The notes: generated by a model not told the origin, from the sequence alone. Shown: positions 29,932 through 39,697, numbered from the stretch's first letter. The stretch: DNA of 64,000 nt from Candidatus Latescibacterota bacterium (GCA_965222075.1 OZ244937.1:1952001-2016000); one strand, 5' to 3'. Translations and numbers: made by a program.

Positions 29932-31170
29932 CTAATGTCCTACCGACGCCGCGCCCTTTTCTCCGACCAGACGGCCTTTTTCAAAACGGGACAAACGGAA
30001 GGACGCAATCAGGTCCGGAGTGCGTCCGGTGGCGATGCATTCGGCCAGCATTTTGCCGCAAATCGGAGAAGCCTTAAAACCGTACGTCCCCCACCCCACA
30101 TCCACCAGAAACCCCTCCACGGGCGTAAACCCCATAATCGGACTGTAGTCGGGGGTCATGTCACACAGGCCGGCCCACTGGCGCAGGATACGGACCTGGC
30201 TCAGGGACGGAAAGAGCTCAAGCACGTGCCCGGCGATGCCTTCCAGAAACGAGAGGGAAGAATCCATGGAATAGGAGGCAAACGGATCCACGCTGGCGCC
30301 CATCACCAGTTCGCCCCGGTCGGACTGGCTGATGTAGACGTGCAGGCTGCCGGAAACAACGACCACGTCTAAGAAGGGCTTGAGCGGCTCGGTCACGCAG
30401 GCCTGCAGGGGGAACGTGGTCAGGGGCAGCTTAACCCCGGCCATGTCCGCAATCGTGGACCCCCATCCGGCGGTGGCGTTGAGCACCGTCCCGGTTTTGA
30501 TACGGCCGCGATTCGTCTCCACCCCGCTCACCTTCCCGTTCCGCACCTCCATCCCGGTCACTTCCGTCTGCTGGTGAATGTGCACGCCGCGCACGTCTGC
30601 ATGGTGCGCATAGCCCCACACGACCGCATCGTGCCGGATGATGCCCCCGGGCGGGTGGTAGAGCGCAGCCAGGATGGGATAACGGGGATGGTCGCTGAGG
30701 TCAAGACAGGGACAGAGGCGGGCAATCTCGTCGGGCCGGATCAGATACGACGCGACCCCCTCAAGCCGGTTCACCTCGGCCCGGCGGCGCATCGTATTCA
30801 CCGCGCCGTCGGTATGGGCCAGCGTCAGGTGCCCCCGCTGGGAAAACATCACGTTGAAATCCAGCTCGGTGGCCATCTGCTCGTAGAGCTTCACGCTCTC
30901 ATCGTAAAACCGGACACCTTCGGGGGTGAGGTAATTGCTGCGGATAATGGCGGTATTGCGCCCGCTGCCGCCCGAGCCGATATAGCGCTTTTCCAGCACC
31001 GCCACATCGGTGATGCCGTATTCGCAGGCCAGATAGTAGGCACAGGCCAGCCCGTGCGCTCCCCCGCCGATAATCACCGCATCATAGCGGTCTTTCAGGC
31101 TGTGAGACCGCCACATCCTGGGCAGCCGACCGTTGCCGTTGAGGACCTGACGGATCAGTTTGATAGACAT
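29932..31170 (-). CDS. mgdA: Sarcosine oxidase beta-like / N-methylglutamate dehydrogenase subunit A
   Basis: IIGGGAHG, GSGRNTAIIRSNY, RHDAVVWGYA, GWGTYGFKA, GAASVGH. Confidence 0.9.
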   Translation of the reverse strand: MSIKLIRQVLNGNGRLPRMWRSHSLKDRYDAVIIGGGAHGLACAYYLACEYGITDVAVLEKRYIGSGGSGRNTAIIRSNYLTPEGVRFYDESVKLYEQMATELDFNVMFSQRGHLTLAHTDGAVNTMRRRAEVNRLEGVASYLIRPDEIARLCPCLDLSDHPRYPILAALYHPPGGIIRHDAVVWGYAHHADVRGVHIHQQTEVTGMEVRNGKVSGVETNRGRIKTGTVLNATAGWGSTIADMAGVKLPLTTFPLQACVTEPLKPFLDVVVVSGSLHVYISQSDRGELVMGASVDPFASYSMDSSLSFLEGIAGHVLELFPSLSQVRILRQWAGLCDMTPDYSPIMGFTPVEGFLVDVGWGTYGFKASPICGKMLAECIATGRTPDLIASFRLSRFEKGRLVGEKGAASVGH

Positions 31171-31233
31171 AATAATCCGGACGCTTGGGGAATTTCAGCC
31201 GGGCAGGCAGCAAAAAAACGCTTACATAATTGC

Positions 31234-31256
31234 GCTTGATCGGCCAAATGTCAAGC
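31234..31256 (-). promoter_or_regulatory. Putative -35/operator motif upstream of mgdA
   Basis: Minus strand GCTTGACATTTGGCCGATCAAGC: TTGACA, with GCTTGA...TCAAGC inverted ends; 17/19 match to 34372-34390. Confidence 0.45.
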
Positions 31257-31290
31257 CAAAAATCGTAGGATTACGAACGCATCGTGGCTT

Positions 31291-32649
31291 CTAATGTCTC
31301 CCTTCCGCCCAGCCCGGCCCCCCACCAAACACCCGGTTCGTTCCCGCCAGCGGAATCCCGCACGTCATGGACGCCTCTGACGTCAATGCGCGCAGATCTT
31401 CAGGATCCAGGTCGTGCACGTCGGCCTTTCCGCATGCCCGGGCGAGAATCTGGACCTCCGACGTCATCGCCTGTAGCAGATTGGCGACCCGCTCCGCCGC
31501 CTCGTCGATATCCAGACGCGCCATCAGGTCGGGGTCCTGCGTGGTAATGCCAACAGGGCAACGCCCGGTGTGGCAGTGGTGGCAGTAATGCGGCTCGGTG
31601 TCCAGCTTTTGGTAATCCGAAACGTAAATCGGCTTGTTGCAGTTAAGTGCAATCAGGGCCGCCGTCCCAATATAAACGGCATCCGCCCCCAGCGCCATAG
31701 CCTTCGCCGCATCCACCCCGTTTCGGATGCCCCCCGCAATAATAAGCTGCACCTCGCCGAACACCCCGATATCTTCCAGCGCCGCCCGCGCCTCGCACAC
31801 CGCGGCCAGCGTGGGAATGCCCGTGTGTTCCTGAGAAATCTCGGCCGACGCCCCTGTGCCGCCCTCCATGCCGTCTACCACAACAACATCTGCGCCCGCC
31901 TTTGCCGCCAGCCTCACATCGTCAAACACCCGGGTCGCCCCCATCTTCACAAAAATCGGCGCCTGCCAGTCGGTCGCCTCCCGCAGTTCCTCGATCTTGA
32001 TAATCATATCATCGGGACCCAGAAAATCGGGGTGCCGCGCCGGGCTGCGCTGGTCCACCCCGATTGGCAAATCGCGCTGTTCGGCAATCGTGTCCAGCAC
32101 CTTTGAGCCCAGCAGCAGCCCGCCCGTCCCCGGCTTTGCGCCCTGTCCGATCGTCAGCTCGATCCCGTCCGCCACCCGCAGGTCGTGGACATCGATGCCG
32201 TATCGAGACGGCAGGACCTCGTAGATCAGCACCCTGCTGTGCTCACGTTCCGCCTTCAGCATCCCTCCGTCCCCGGTCGTATTCGACGACCCCACGATAT
32301 TCGCCCCCTTTGCCAGGGCGACTTTGGCATTGTAGGAAAGCGCCCCCCAACTCATGCCCGTAATCATAATCGGCGTGTCGAGTGCAATCGGCTTTTCGGC
32401 AAAGCGCGTGCCCAGCACCGTCCTGGCCGAGCAGCGCTCCCGGTAGCCCTCCAGCGGGATGCGCGTCAACGTACAGGGGATAAAGGTCAGATCGTCAAAC
32501 GTTGCCCACCGCCGCTCCCGGAGCGTCCCGAACCCCCGGATGCGATAGCGCCCCAGGTCCGCCTTCACCTGGATATCTTCAATCACATCCGGCGTAAACG
32601 TCCCGCTGGCTTTGAGGGGATGGTAGCCGCTTGGGGTGTCTTCAGACAT
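31291..32649 (-). CDS. mgsC: N-methylglutamate synthase subunit C-like, copy 2
   Basis: GMSWGALS, GDGG, GQGAKPGTGGLL, SPARHPD, CHHCHTGRCPVGI. Confidence 0.85.
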   Translation of the reverse strand: MSEDTPSGYHPLKASGTFTPDVIEDIQVKADLGRYRIRGFGTLRERRWATFDDLTFIPCTLTRIPLEGYRERCSARTVLGTRFAEKPIALDTPIMITGMSWGALSYNAKVALAKGANIVGSSNTTGDGGMLKAEREHSRVLIYEVLPSRYGIDVHDLRVADGIELTIGQGAKPGTGGLLLGSKVLDTIAEQRDLPIGVDQRSPARHPDFLGPDDMIIKIEELREATDWQAPIFVKMGATRVFDDVRLAAKAGADVVVVDGMEGGTGASAEISQEHTGIPTLAAVCEARAALEDIGVFGEVQLIIAGGIRNGVDAAKAMALGADAVYIGTAALIALNCNKPIYVSDYQKLDTEPHYCHHCHTGRCPVGITTQDPDLMARLDIDEAAERVANLLQAMTSEVQILARACGKADVHDLDPEDLRALTSEASMTCGIPLAGTNRVFGGGPGWAEGRH

Positions 32650-32706
32650 AAAGTGATCCTGTCTTTTGAAGGCTCGTACCTGGTGAAGCGGGATCACGAA
32701 CGACGC

Positions 32707-33411
32707 TCAAAGCGCCTCCCGCCACACCGCTCGCTCGTCCTTGTCAAAATTCCACAGCTTGCGTCCGGAAACGACCTTTTTGAAGCTCCGCCCGTCCATT
32801 TGCCCGGCCTTCTCGGGAAGGTGTTGAGACAGCGTCTTTTCAAGAAGAGCCAGATCTTTTTCTGTCGGTTCTTCAACAACCGCGTCGTTTCCCAGCTCGG
32901 CGATATTGCCGCCCACAAAGCAGACGGTTTCGTACATCGAATCGCCCAATGCCGTGCCCGTATCCCCGCAGACAATCAGCGTCCCTTTCTGTCCCATAAA
33001 CCCCGCCATATACCCGCAGTTGCCCCCCACAACAACCAGCCCGCCCTTCATCGCAACCCCCAGCCGGGCCGCTGCATGGCCGTGAATAACGATGGTGCCG
33101 CCCCGGATCGACGCCCCTGTACCGTTCCCCGTGCTGCCGTGGACCACCACCCTACCGTCCATCATGGACTCGGCCAGCCCCCACCCGGCGCTCCCCTCGA
33201 CCTCCACCGTGGCGCCGGCGATCATACCCGCGCAGTAATAGCCAACGCTGCCGTCGAACCTGATGCGCACGGACTCCAGGATCGCCACGCCCAGATTGTG
33301 CCTTGCACCGGGGCCTTTGACAAGAATATCCGCCTCCCCCTGTGCAATAAGCCCCTTGATTTTCCGGTTGATCTCGCGGATCGTTTTGCCCTCACAGACT
33401 ATCTCTGCCAT
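32707..33411 (-). CDS. mgsB: N-methylglutamate synthase subunit B-like, copy 2
   Basis: ARHNLGVA, GSVGYYCAGM, LGDSMYE, GRKLWNFD. Confidence 0.85.
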   Translation of the reverse strand: MAEIVCEGKTIREINRKIKGLIAQGEADILVKGPGARHNLGVAILESVRIRFDGSVGYYCAGMIAGATVEVEGSAGWGLAESMMDGRVVVHGSTGNGTGASIRGGTIVIHGHAAARLGVAMKGGLVVVGGNCGYMAGFMGQKGTLIVCGDTGTALGDSMYETVCFVGGNIAELGNDAVVEEPTEKDLALLEKTLSQHLPEKAGQMDGRSFKKVVSGRKLWNFDKDERAVWREAL

Positions 33412-34307
33412 ATCCTCACGTCCTTTGCCTGTGCCTCGTCAACCTTGTAGGCGCCCTCAAAGGCAGCGCGTATCGCGATCTCTTCCGTAGCAACGGCAAC
33501 AAATGTATCGGTTTCGGTAAACAGCAGCGGTTTGAGGGCAAACGGGTCTCTGGCAAAACCGATCGCATCGGGCGTTGCCGCAAGATAGCTGAACGAACCG
33601 TCCAGATCGACCAGCGAGGCCTCCAGCGCCTCCTTCAATCCCATCTCCTGAGACAAACGATCGGCGAGGTACACACCGATGATCTCGGAGTCGTTCTCGG
33701 TGTAAAACCGGACGCCCCGCTGTTCGTACCGCCGACGCATCTTGTGATAGTTGGTGATATGCCCGTTGTGCACAATCGCCAGATCGGGATAGCCGTGCGC
33801 CCAGAAGGGCTGAGAGTGGCTCAAATCGATGCGGGACTCGGTAGAAAGCCGCGTGTGTCCGATCCCGTGGGTGCCCGTGAACGCGGAGACCCCGTAGGTC
33901 GCGTCCAGGTTCTGGGGCGACCCCACCTGCTTGACGATTTCCAGCCGGTGCCCCATGCTTACCACCTCGATGCCTTCGCCTGCGGACTCAACAAGACGCT
34001 CCAGTTGCCGGGCATCCTCCTGATCCTCCACCACGAGGCGCATGTACTCTGCGGTCGTAGAAGCATCACGCACCGAACCCGACGTCTGAACCCGCTGCGA
34101 GACCTGCGCCGCCCTTTCGTCAAAGGCGCCGTTTTCACCCAGGCTGATCCTGAGCACCAGGTCTCCGTTGCGCCCCCCCCCGTAAAGCGCCACACCTGCC
34201 GAATCGGGGCCCCGGCAGTCCAGGGCGTTCAGCATCTTGAGAATGGTCTGCCCCACCGCCGCGGATTCGTTTCCGGTCCTGTCCAGAAAACCTGAGATAC
34301 CGCACAT
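33399..34307 (-). CDS. mgsA: N-methylglutamate synthase subunit A-like, copy 2
   Basis: MCGISG at 34307 (GAGGAG RBS), RGPDSAG, IGHTRLSTES, VHNGHITN. Confidence 0.85.
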   Translation of the reverse strand: MCGISGFLDRTGNESAAVGQTILKMLNALDCRGPDSAGVALYGGGRNGDLVLRISLGENGAFDERAAQVSQRVQTSGSVRDASTTAEYMRLVVEDQEDARQLERLVESAGEGIEVVSMGHRLEIVKQVGSPQNLDATYGVSAFTGTHGIGHTRLSTESRIDLSHSQPFWAHGYPDLAIVHNGHITNYHKMRRRYEQRGVRFYTENDSEIIGVYLADRLSQEMGLKEALEASLVDLDGSFSYLAATPDAIGFARDPFALKPLLFTETDTFVAVATEEIAIRAAFEGAYKVDEAQAKDVRIWQR

Positions 34308-34360
34308 ACGCGCTTTCTCCTCAAACGTGACGAAATCCCCCCTCTCGATGCACACAACGG

Positions 34361-34390
34361 ATGATACACCGGATGGGCCAAAAGTCAAGC
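34361..34390 (-). promoter_or_regulatory. Sigma70-like promoter of the methylamine cluster
   Basis: Minus strand TTGACT-16 nt-TATCAT, about 55 nt upstream of mgsA copy 2. Confidence 0.5.
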
Positions 34391-34414
34391 GAAATCCCTC
34401 TTTCTCTTACGCCT

Positions 34415-34625
34415 CCCCCGCCTCCGGGGCGGGGGGAAGGGGCTTTTCCGCGCAGATCCCCCCAGCACCTGCGCCCAAAAACGCCCAAAAGGTCCGCAGG
34501 GCAGAAGCGCCTGCTTCCACCACAGGGGCAATTCGCGGAAAAGCAGCCCCCGCGGCGTCTGAGCGGCGCCCTTCTTTTTCGGCCTTTTTCTTGGGCGAAC
34601 AAGAAAAAGGCCTCGCCGAAGGCAT
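34415..34625. repeat. Highly structured intergenic element (MITE/REP-like or ncRNA)
   Basis: Perfect 13-bp hairpin GGCCTTTTTCTTG-GGCGAA-CAAGAAAAAGGCC (34581-34612), long-range pair GCTTTTCCGCG/CGCGGAAAAGC (34442-34452 / 34534-34544), GC hairpin near 34415-34436. Confidence 0.45.
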
Positions 34626-34823
34626 GAGAAGGGTGTGGAGGGGTTGCGGATAACGGAGACCCAAAGGTTATTTTCCAACCAGGTTCCTTAAGATATATCC
34701 GATTCGCATCCGTGTCAATCTCCAGGTGCGTTGTTGGCCTGAAACCACTTGCCTGTTCTGGTCCTTCTGGCTATCTTGACCCTGCCGGAAGCAAAAACCT
34801 CAAAAAAAGCAACGGGAGCAGGC

Positions 34824-36305
34824 ATGGCGCACACCGCAACCTACCTGGCCTATGACCTCGGCGCCTCCAGCGGGCGGGCCGTTGTGGGGCGGTTCGACGG
34901 GGCGCGCATCGCCCTGGAGGAGGTTCACCGGTTCTCCAACGGACCCATCCCCGTATCGGACGGCCTCTACTGGGATGTCCTGCGGCTTTTCCAGGAGATG
35001 ATTCAGGGCCTCAGGCGCTGCGTGCAGGCCTGCGGGAAGGACCTGATGGGCATCGGCATCGACACCTGGGGCGTCGACTTTGCCCTTTTAGACGGTCGGG
35101 ACGACCTGCTGGGCAATCCCCGCTGCTACCGGGATGCCCGCGTGCAGGGCATGATGGAAGCGGCCTTCGACCGGGTACCTAAGGAGGAAATCTTCGACCG
35201 CACCGGCGTCCAGTTCTTAGAGATCAACACCCTCTACCACCTCCTGGCCATGTCCGTCCGGAACGCTCCGCAGCTCCAGATCGCCCGGACCTTTCTGATG
35301 ATGCCCGACCTCTTCAACTTCTGGCTGACAGGCCGCAAAGTCTGTGAGTTCTCCAACGCCACCACCACCCAATTTTACGACCCCCGCCGGCAAAACTGGG
35401 CCATCGATCTCCTCCAGCGGCTGGAGATCCCCACCGACATGCTCCCCGAAATCGTCCCCCCAGGCACCTCTCTGGGGGCCCTGCGCCCTGCGATAGCCGA
35501 TGAGGTTGGCATTCGATCCGCCGAAGTCATCGCCCCGGCCTGCCACGACACCGGCTCGGCTGTTGCGGCTGTGCCCATGCAGCGTTCCGATTCCCTCTAC
35601 ATCAGCTGCGGCACCTGGGCGCTGATGGGCGCCGAACTCGCCCAACCGGCCATCACCCGGGCAGCCCTGGCCCACAACTTCACCAACGAAGGCGGCGTCT
35701 GCAACACCTTCCGCTTCCTCAAAAACATCTCCGGCCTCTGGCCGGTACAGGAATGCAAGCGTATCTGGTCACGCGACGGCCGCAACTTCTCCTACGACGA
35801 CCTCACCCGCCTGGCCTCCGAGGCCCGCCCCCTCGCCGCCTTTGTCGACCCCGACCACGCCGACTTCTTTGCCCCGGGCGACATGCCCGCCCGCATCCGG
35901 GCGTTCTGCAAGCGCACCGGCCAGCCCGAACCGGATACCGAAGGCGCCGTCATCCGCTGCGCCTTAGAAAGCCTCGCCCTGAAATTCCGCCATATCCTCG
36001 ACCAGCTCGAAGAGACCCTTGGCAAAGGGATGAGTAGCATTCACATCGTGGGCGGCGGCACCCGGAACACCCTCCTCTGCCGGTTTACTGCAAACGCCAC
36101 CGGCCGCCCCGTCGTCGCCGGTCCGGTCGAGGCCACCGCCCTTGGCAACATCCTGGTTCAGGCCCTGGCCCGGGGCCAGGTCGGGTCGCTGGCCGAAATC
36201 CGCGAAATCGTCCGCAACTCCACCGACCTGGTCACCTACGAACCCCGCGCAACAGACGCCTGGAACGAGGCCTACGGCCGGTTCCTCAAGCTTCCGAATC
36301 TCTAA
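34824..36305 (+). CDS. rhaB: Rhamnulokinase (FGGY family)
   Basis: DLGASSGR, GIDTWGVDF, CHDTGSAV, FTNEGG, GPVEATALGN. Confidence 0.9.
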   Translation: MAHTATYLAYDLGASSGRAVVGRFDGARIALEEVHRFSNGPIPVSDGLYWDVLRLFQEMIQGLRRCVQACGKDLMGIGIDTWGVDFALLDGRDDLLGNPRCYRDARVQGMMEAAFDRVPKEEIFDRTGVQFLEINTLYHLLAMSVRNAPQLQIARTFLMMPDLFNFWLTGRKVCEFSNATTTQFYDPRRQNWAIDLLQRLEIPTDMLPEIVPPGTSLGALRPAIADEVGIRSAEVIAPACHDTGSAVAAVPMQRSDSLYISCGTWALMGAELAQPAITRAALAHNFTNEGGVCNTFRFLKNISGLWPVQECKRIWSRDGRNFSYDDLTRLASEARPLAAFVDPDHADFFAPGDMPARIRAFCKRTGQPEPDTEGAVIRCALESLALKFRHILDQLEETLGKGMSSIHIVGGGTRNTLLCRFTANATGRPVVAGPVEATALGNILVQALARGQVGSLAEIREIVRNSTDLVTYEPRATDAWNEAYGRFLKLPNL

Positions 36306-39300
36306 AACAACGAAAGCTGCCCGGCTGCCTTTTCCTTCCGCCCCGGCGGCTCCAGGTGCTCCTGGTGAATGAGGTCCGCTGGAATGTCCCGAACAAACGG
36401 TGAAACCTCCGGCCGAATACGCTGGCCGTAGCGCAGCCTGCTCCGGGCGCTTAAAAGCACCACCTCGTCCCGTGCCCGCGTCAGCCCCACGTAAAACAGC
36501 CGGCGTTCCTCGGCCAGGTCCGCGCCCCGCTCCCGGTATGGAATCAGACCGTCCTCCACCCCGCAGATAAACACCACCGCGAACTCCAGCCCCTTGGCCG
36601 CGTGGAGCGTCATCAGCGTCACCGCCTCCGGCCGACCATCCCCACCTGCCCGCTCGTAGTCCGCCTCCCGCCCCATCAGCACCGTATCCAGCAGCTGCTC
36701 CATCGAAGGCGTGTTCGCCGCCACCCGGACCAGGCATTCGAAATCGGAATCGCCCCCGGCGCCGAATTCCTCCTGCCACTGCCCCAGCAGGTCCTCCGGA
36801 CGCCCCGCCACTGCCAGGCTTCGGAACCGCCCGGCCGCTTCTTTAAGCGTCGCGGCCTTCCGGGCAGCCGCCGGAGGCAGATCCTCGACACGCGCGTTGG
36901 CAAGCGCACCCTCTCCTGCGCGGCTTCGCAGCCGGGCAAGCGTGGCCCGGCCCGGGTGAAACGGCGGCAGTGCAAGGGCATTCAGAAACCGCAGGTCTCC
37001 CCCCCCGCGGAGGGCATAGCGGAAAAAGGCCAGGGCCTGGCGCACCGGCTCGGCCTCCAAAAAACCCTTCTGCCCCACAATCCGATAGGGCAATCCCTCC
37101 TGCAGAAAACAGGTCTCCAGTTCATCGGCCTGCCGTCCGGTCCGGAAAAGCACCCCGAAATCGCCAAAACTCCTTGCCGCCTCACCCCCGCTGCCTCCGG
37201 TTGCCCGATTGTCGGACTGGAGCATATCGGCCCCGCCTACCATCCGACCGATCTCCCGCACCACGGCAATCCCTTCGGCCGTCTCGCCCGGCACCGAAAG
37301 CAGCCGGCATCTGACCCCCTCGCCCCGTGCGGCAACCAGCGCCACCGGTTGCCGGCCTGCCTGCGTGCGTGAGTCAGCACGCGCAGGCAGGTCCGCATTG
37401 TGAGCAATCACCGCGCAAGCCGCACGCACGATCTGCCCGGTCGAACGGTAGGTCGTCTCCAGCACGACCTTGTGCGCAGACGGAAAATCCTCGAAAACCG
37501 AGGCAAAGTACGCCGGACTTGCCCCCCGAAACCCGTAAATCGCCTGGTCGGCATCTCCGATCACAAACAGCCCTTCCCCCTCACCTGCCATCATCCTCAC
37601 CAGGCGGTACTGCACCGCGTTCACATCCTGAAACTCGTCTACGAGCACGTGGCGAAAACGCTTCCGAACCCCCTCCAGCGCCTCCGCATCCACCTCCAGC
37701 AGTTCGAGCAGATCCAGAAGGACATCGTCGTAGTCCCGAACCCCGTAAGCCTCCAGCCGCTCCTGGTAGGCCCGGTAGACTGCCCGCAGATCGTCGCCTC
37801 CCTCAAACGCATCCGGCCTCACCCCCTTCGCCTTCGCCAGCGAAACGGCCGCCTCTGCATCGGCCCGGGAAACCGGGCGCCCGGCGCTGGAAATCGCATC
37901 GGCCAGGATCTCCCGGGCCTCCACCTCATCCACCACATCCTGAGACCCTTCCGGATGGTAGACCTTCAGCAGATCCAGTGCCACACTGTGAAACGTTCCC
38001 ACCCTCAGCGCTTCCAGCCCCTCAACCTCCGGCAGCAGCTCCCGGATGCGTCTGCGCACCTCCTCTGCCGACCGGTTCGTAAACGTCACTGCCAGGACCG
38101 CTCCGGGAGGGACGCCTCGCTCCCGGAGCAGATAGGCCGCCCGGTGCGTCAACACCCGCGTCTTGCCCGTCCCCGGCCCGGCCACGACCACCACCGGCCC
38201 GGCCGCCGACCGCACCGCCGCCCCCTGCCGATCATCCAGCCCCTCGCCCGTTCCTGCCTGCGCCGGATGCTCGGCAGGCAGGCAGGTTTCAGGTTGCCCT
38301 GTTCCCTCCTCCGTCAACCCGGGAGCTGGAACCTTGAACCCGGAACGCGCTTTCCTTTCCGGCCGGCCTGCCGGCAAGGCAGGGGCAGGGAGCACGGCGC
38401 AGGCAGGCATCTCAAACAGCGTCCCCTGCCCGCTCATCAGCGCCCGGTCCGCCTCTGAGAAGACCTGAATTTCGCCGTATACCCCGTCGTACCCGGCCAC
38501 AATCTCCACTTCTCCCGCCCGCATCCGGCGCACCCCCTCCGCCACCAGCGGTTGCCCGCAGCGGGCGACCTCCTCTACCGGAACCGTCCGCAGGATGTGA
38601 AGCTCCGGTCCCAGGTCGGCCAGCAGCCGGTGATAGACCGTCTGCACCTTCTTGCTGGTTGGCCCCACGCCCAGGGCCGATCCGATAATCTCGGGCAGCG
38701 GAATCAGGTTCTCGTAAGGCCGTGTCCCCTCCGACCGCGCTCCCTCCGACCGGTCGGCCAGGGCCTCCACCCGGTGGAGCACCCCCACCGTCAGCTTGCC
38801 TCCACAGACCGGACAGACCCCCTTGGCGGCAAGCGTCTCCACCGGCTTCCAGCGCACCTCACATTTCCGGTGGCCGTCCCAGTGGTACTTGCCCTCCTCA
38901 GGGTAAAACTCCAGCGTACCCAGAAATCGGTCCGGGTCCCGCGTCTTCAGCGCGTCGTAAATTGCGCCATAGGAAAGCTCGGTATCAAAACACGTCCCCT
39001 CCCGCGCCAGCTTCTGCGGCGAATGCGCGTCCGAATTGGAGACAATCGCGTAGCGGTCCAGCATGGACAGCCGCCAGTTCATCGGCGGATCGGAAGACAG
39101 CCCCGTCTCCACCGCGAAGATATGGGGCAGCATATCCTCGAAGCAGGCCTCCAGGCTGTCGAACCCCGAGCTGGACCCTAAAACCGCGAAGTGGGGCGTC
39201 CAGATGTGCGCCGGGATAAAGAGCACATCCGCACACGCCTCCAGGCAGATCTCCACCAGGTCCCGGCTGTCCAGCCCCAGAATCGGCCGTCCGTCCGACG

Positions 39301-39697
39301 CCAGGTTGCCGATCTCCGAAAGCCGGGCGTTCAGCCGCTCGACCGCCTCAAAATCGGGCATCAGCACCATGTGGTGAACCTTCCGGGTCCTGCCATCCTT
39401 CTTGTAAATCACACTGATCTCGGTCGAAAGCAGGAACCGCACCTCCCCCCGGCAGGTCGGGTACAGCTCGGCCTCAACCGGCGCGCGGAATTCATCCTTC
39501 AACCGGTAAAGCCCCGCCTCCGCCGGCGCCAGCTGCTCCTTCAGCTCCGCGATCCAGGCCGGATGGGTAAAGTCCCCCGTTCCCACAACCGTCAGCCCCT
39601 TGAGAGATCCCCATTTATAAAGGTTCTCCGGATTCAGCGCCCTGCTGGTGGCCCGGGCGAACCGGGAATGCAGGTGTAGATCGGCAACAAAACGCAT
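36302..39697 (-). CDS. PHP/Endonuclease Q-like domain fused to UvrD/PcrA-type SF1 helicase
   Basis: ADLHLHSRFARATS, GTGDFTHP, SNSDAHS, CPVCG Zn motif; then AGPGTGKT, LVDEFQD, GDADQAIYGFRGA, TLHAAKGLEF, EERRLFYVGLTRA. Confidence 0.92.
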   Translation of the reverse strand: MRFVADLHLHSRFARATSRALNPENLYKWGSLKGLTVVGTGDFTHPAWIAELKEQLAPAEAGLYRLKDEFRAPVEAELYPTCRGEVRFLLSTEISVIYKKDGRTRKVHHMVLMPDFEAVERLNARLSEIGNLASDGRPILGLDSRDLVEICLEACADVLFIPAHIWTPHFAVLGSSSGFDSLEACFEDMLPHIFAVETGLSSDPPMNWRLSMLDRYAIVSNSDAHSPQKLAREGTCFDTELSYGAIYDALKTRDPDRFLGTLEFYPEEGKYHWDGHRKCEVRWKPVETLAAKGVCPVCGGKLTVGVLHRVEALADRSEGARSEGTRPYENLIPLPEIIGSALGVGPTSKKVQTVYHRLLADLGPELHILRTVPVEEVARCGQPLVAEGVRRMRAGEVEIVAGYDGVYGEIQVFSEADRALMSGQGTLFEMPACAVLPAPALPAGRPERKARSGFKVPAPGLTEEGTGQPETCLPAEHPAQAGTGEGLDDRQGAAVRSAAGPVVVVAGPGTGKTRVLTHRAAYLLRERGVPPGAVLAVTFTNRSAEEVRRRIRELLPEVEGLEALRVGTFHSVALDLLKVYHPEGSQDVVDEVEAREILADAISSAGRPVSRADAEAAVSLAKAKGVRPDAFEGGDDLRAVYRAYQERLEAYGVRDYDDVLLDLLELLEVDAEALEGVRKRFRHVLVDEFQDVNAVQYRLVRMMAGEGEGLFVIGDADQAIYGFRGASPAYFASVFEDFPSAHKVVLETTYRSTGQIVRAACAVIAHNADLPARADSRTQAGRQPVALVAARGEGVRCRLLSVPGETAEGIAVVREIGRMVGGADMLQSDNRATGGSGGEAARSFGDFGVLFRTGRQADELETCFLQEGLPYRIVGQKGFLEAEPVRQALAFFRYALRGGGDLRFLNALALPPFHPGRATLARLRSRAGEGALANARVEDLPPAAARKAATLKEAAGRFRSLAVAGRPEDLLGQWQEEFGAGGDSDFECLVRVAANTPSMEQLLDTVLMGREADYERAGGDGRPEAVTLMTLHAAKGLEFAVVFICGVEDGLIPYRERGADLAEERRLFYVGLTRARDEVVLLSARSRLRYGQRIRPEVSPFVRDIPADLIHQEHLEPPGRKEKAAGQLSLF
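37356..37391. repeat. CCTGCCTGC...GCAGGCAGG palindromic element, in-frame in the helicase
   Basis: 36 nt, encodes LPARADSRTQAG. Confidence 0.7.
38253..38282. repeat. CCTGCCTGC...GCAGGCAGG palindromic element in the EndoQ-helicase linker
   Basis: 30 nt, encodes LPAEHPAQAG; further degenerate copies at 38367-38408. Confidence 0.7.

Noticed and set aside
21297-34307. Calling the GATase/GXGXG/FMN triplets ordinary glutamate synthase, or the tetramer sarcosine oxidase
   Set aside because: The split three-gene form next to gmaS, tdm and fhs fits the N-methylglutamate pathway better, though substrates are untested.
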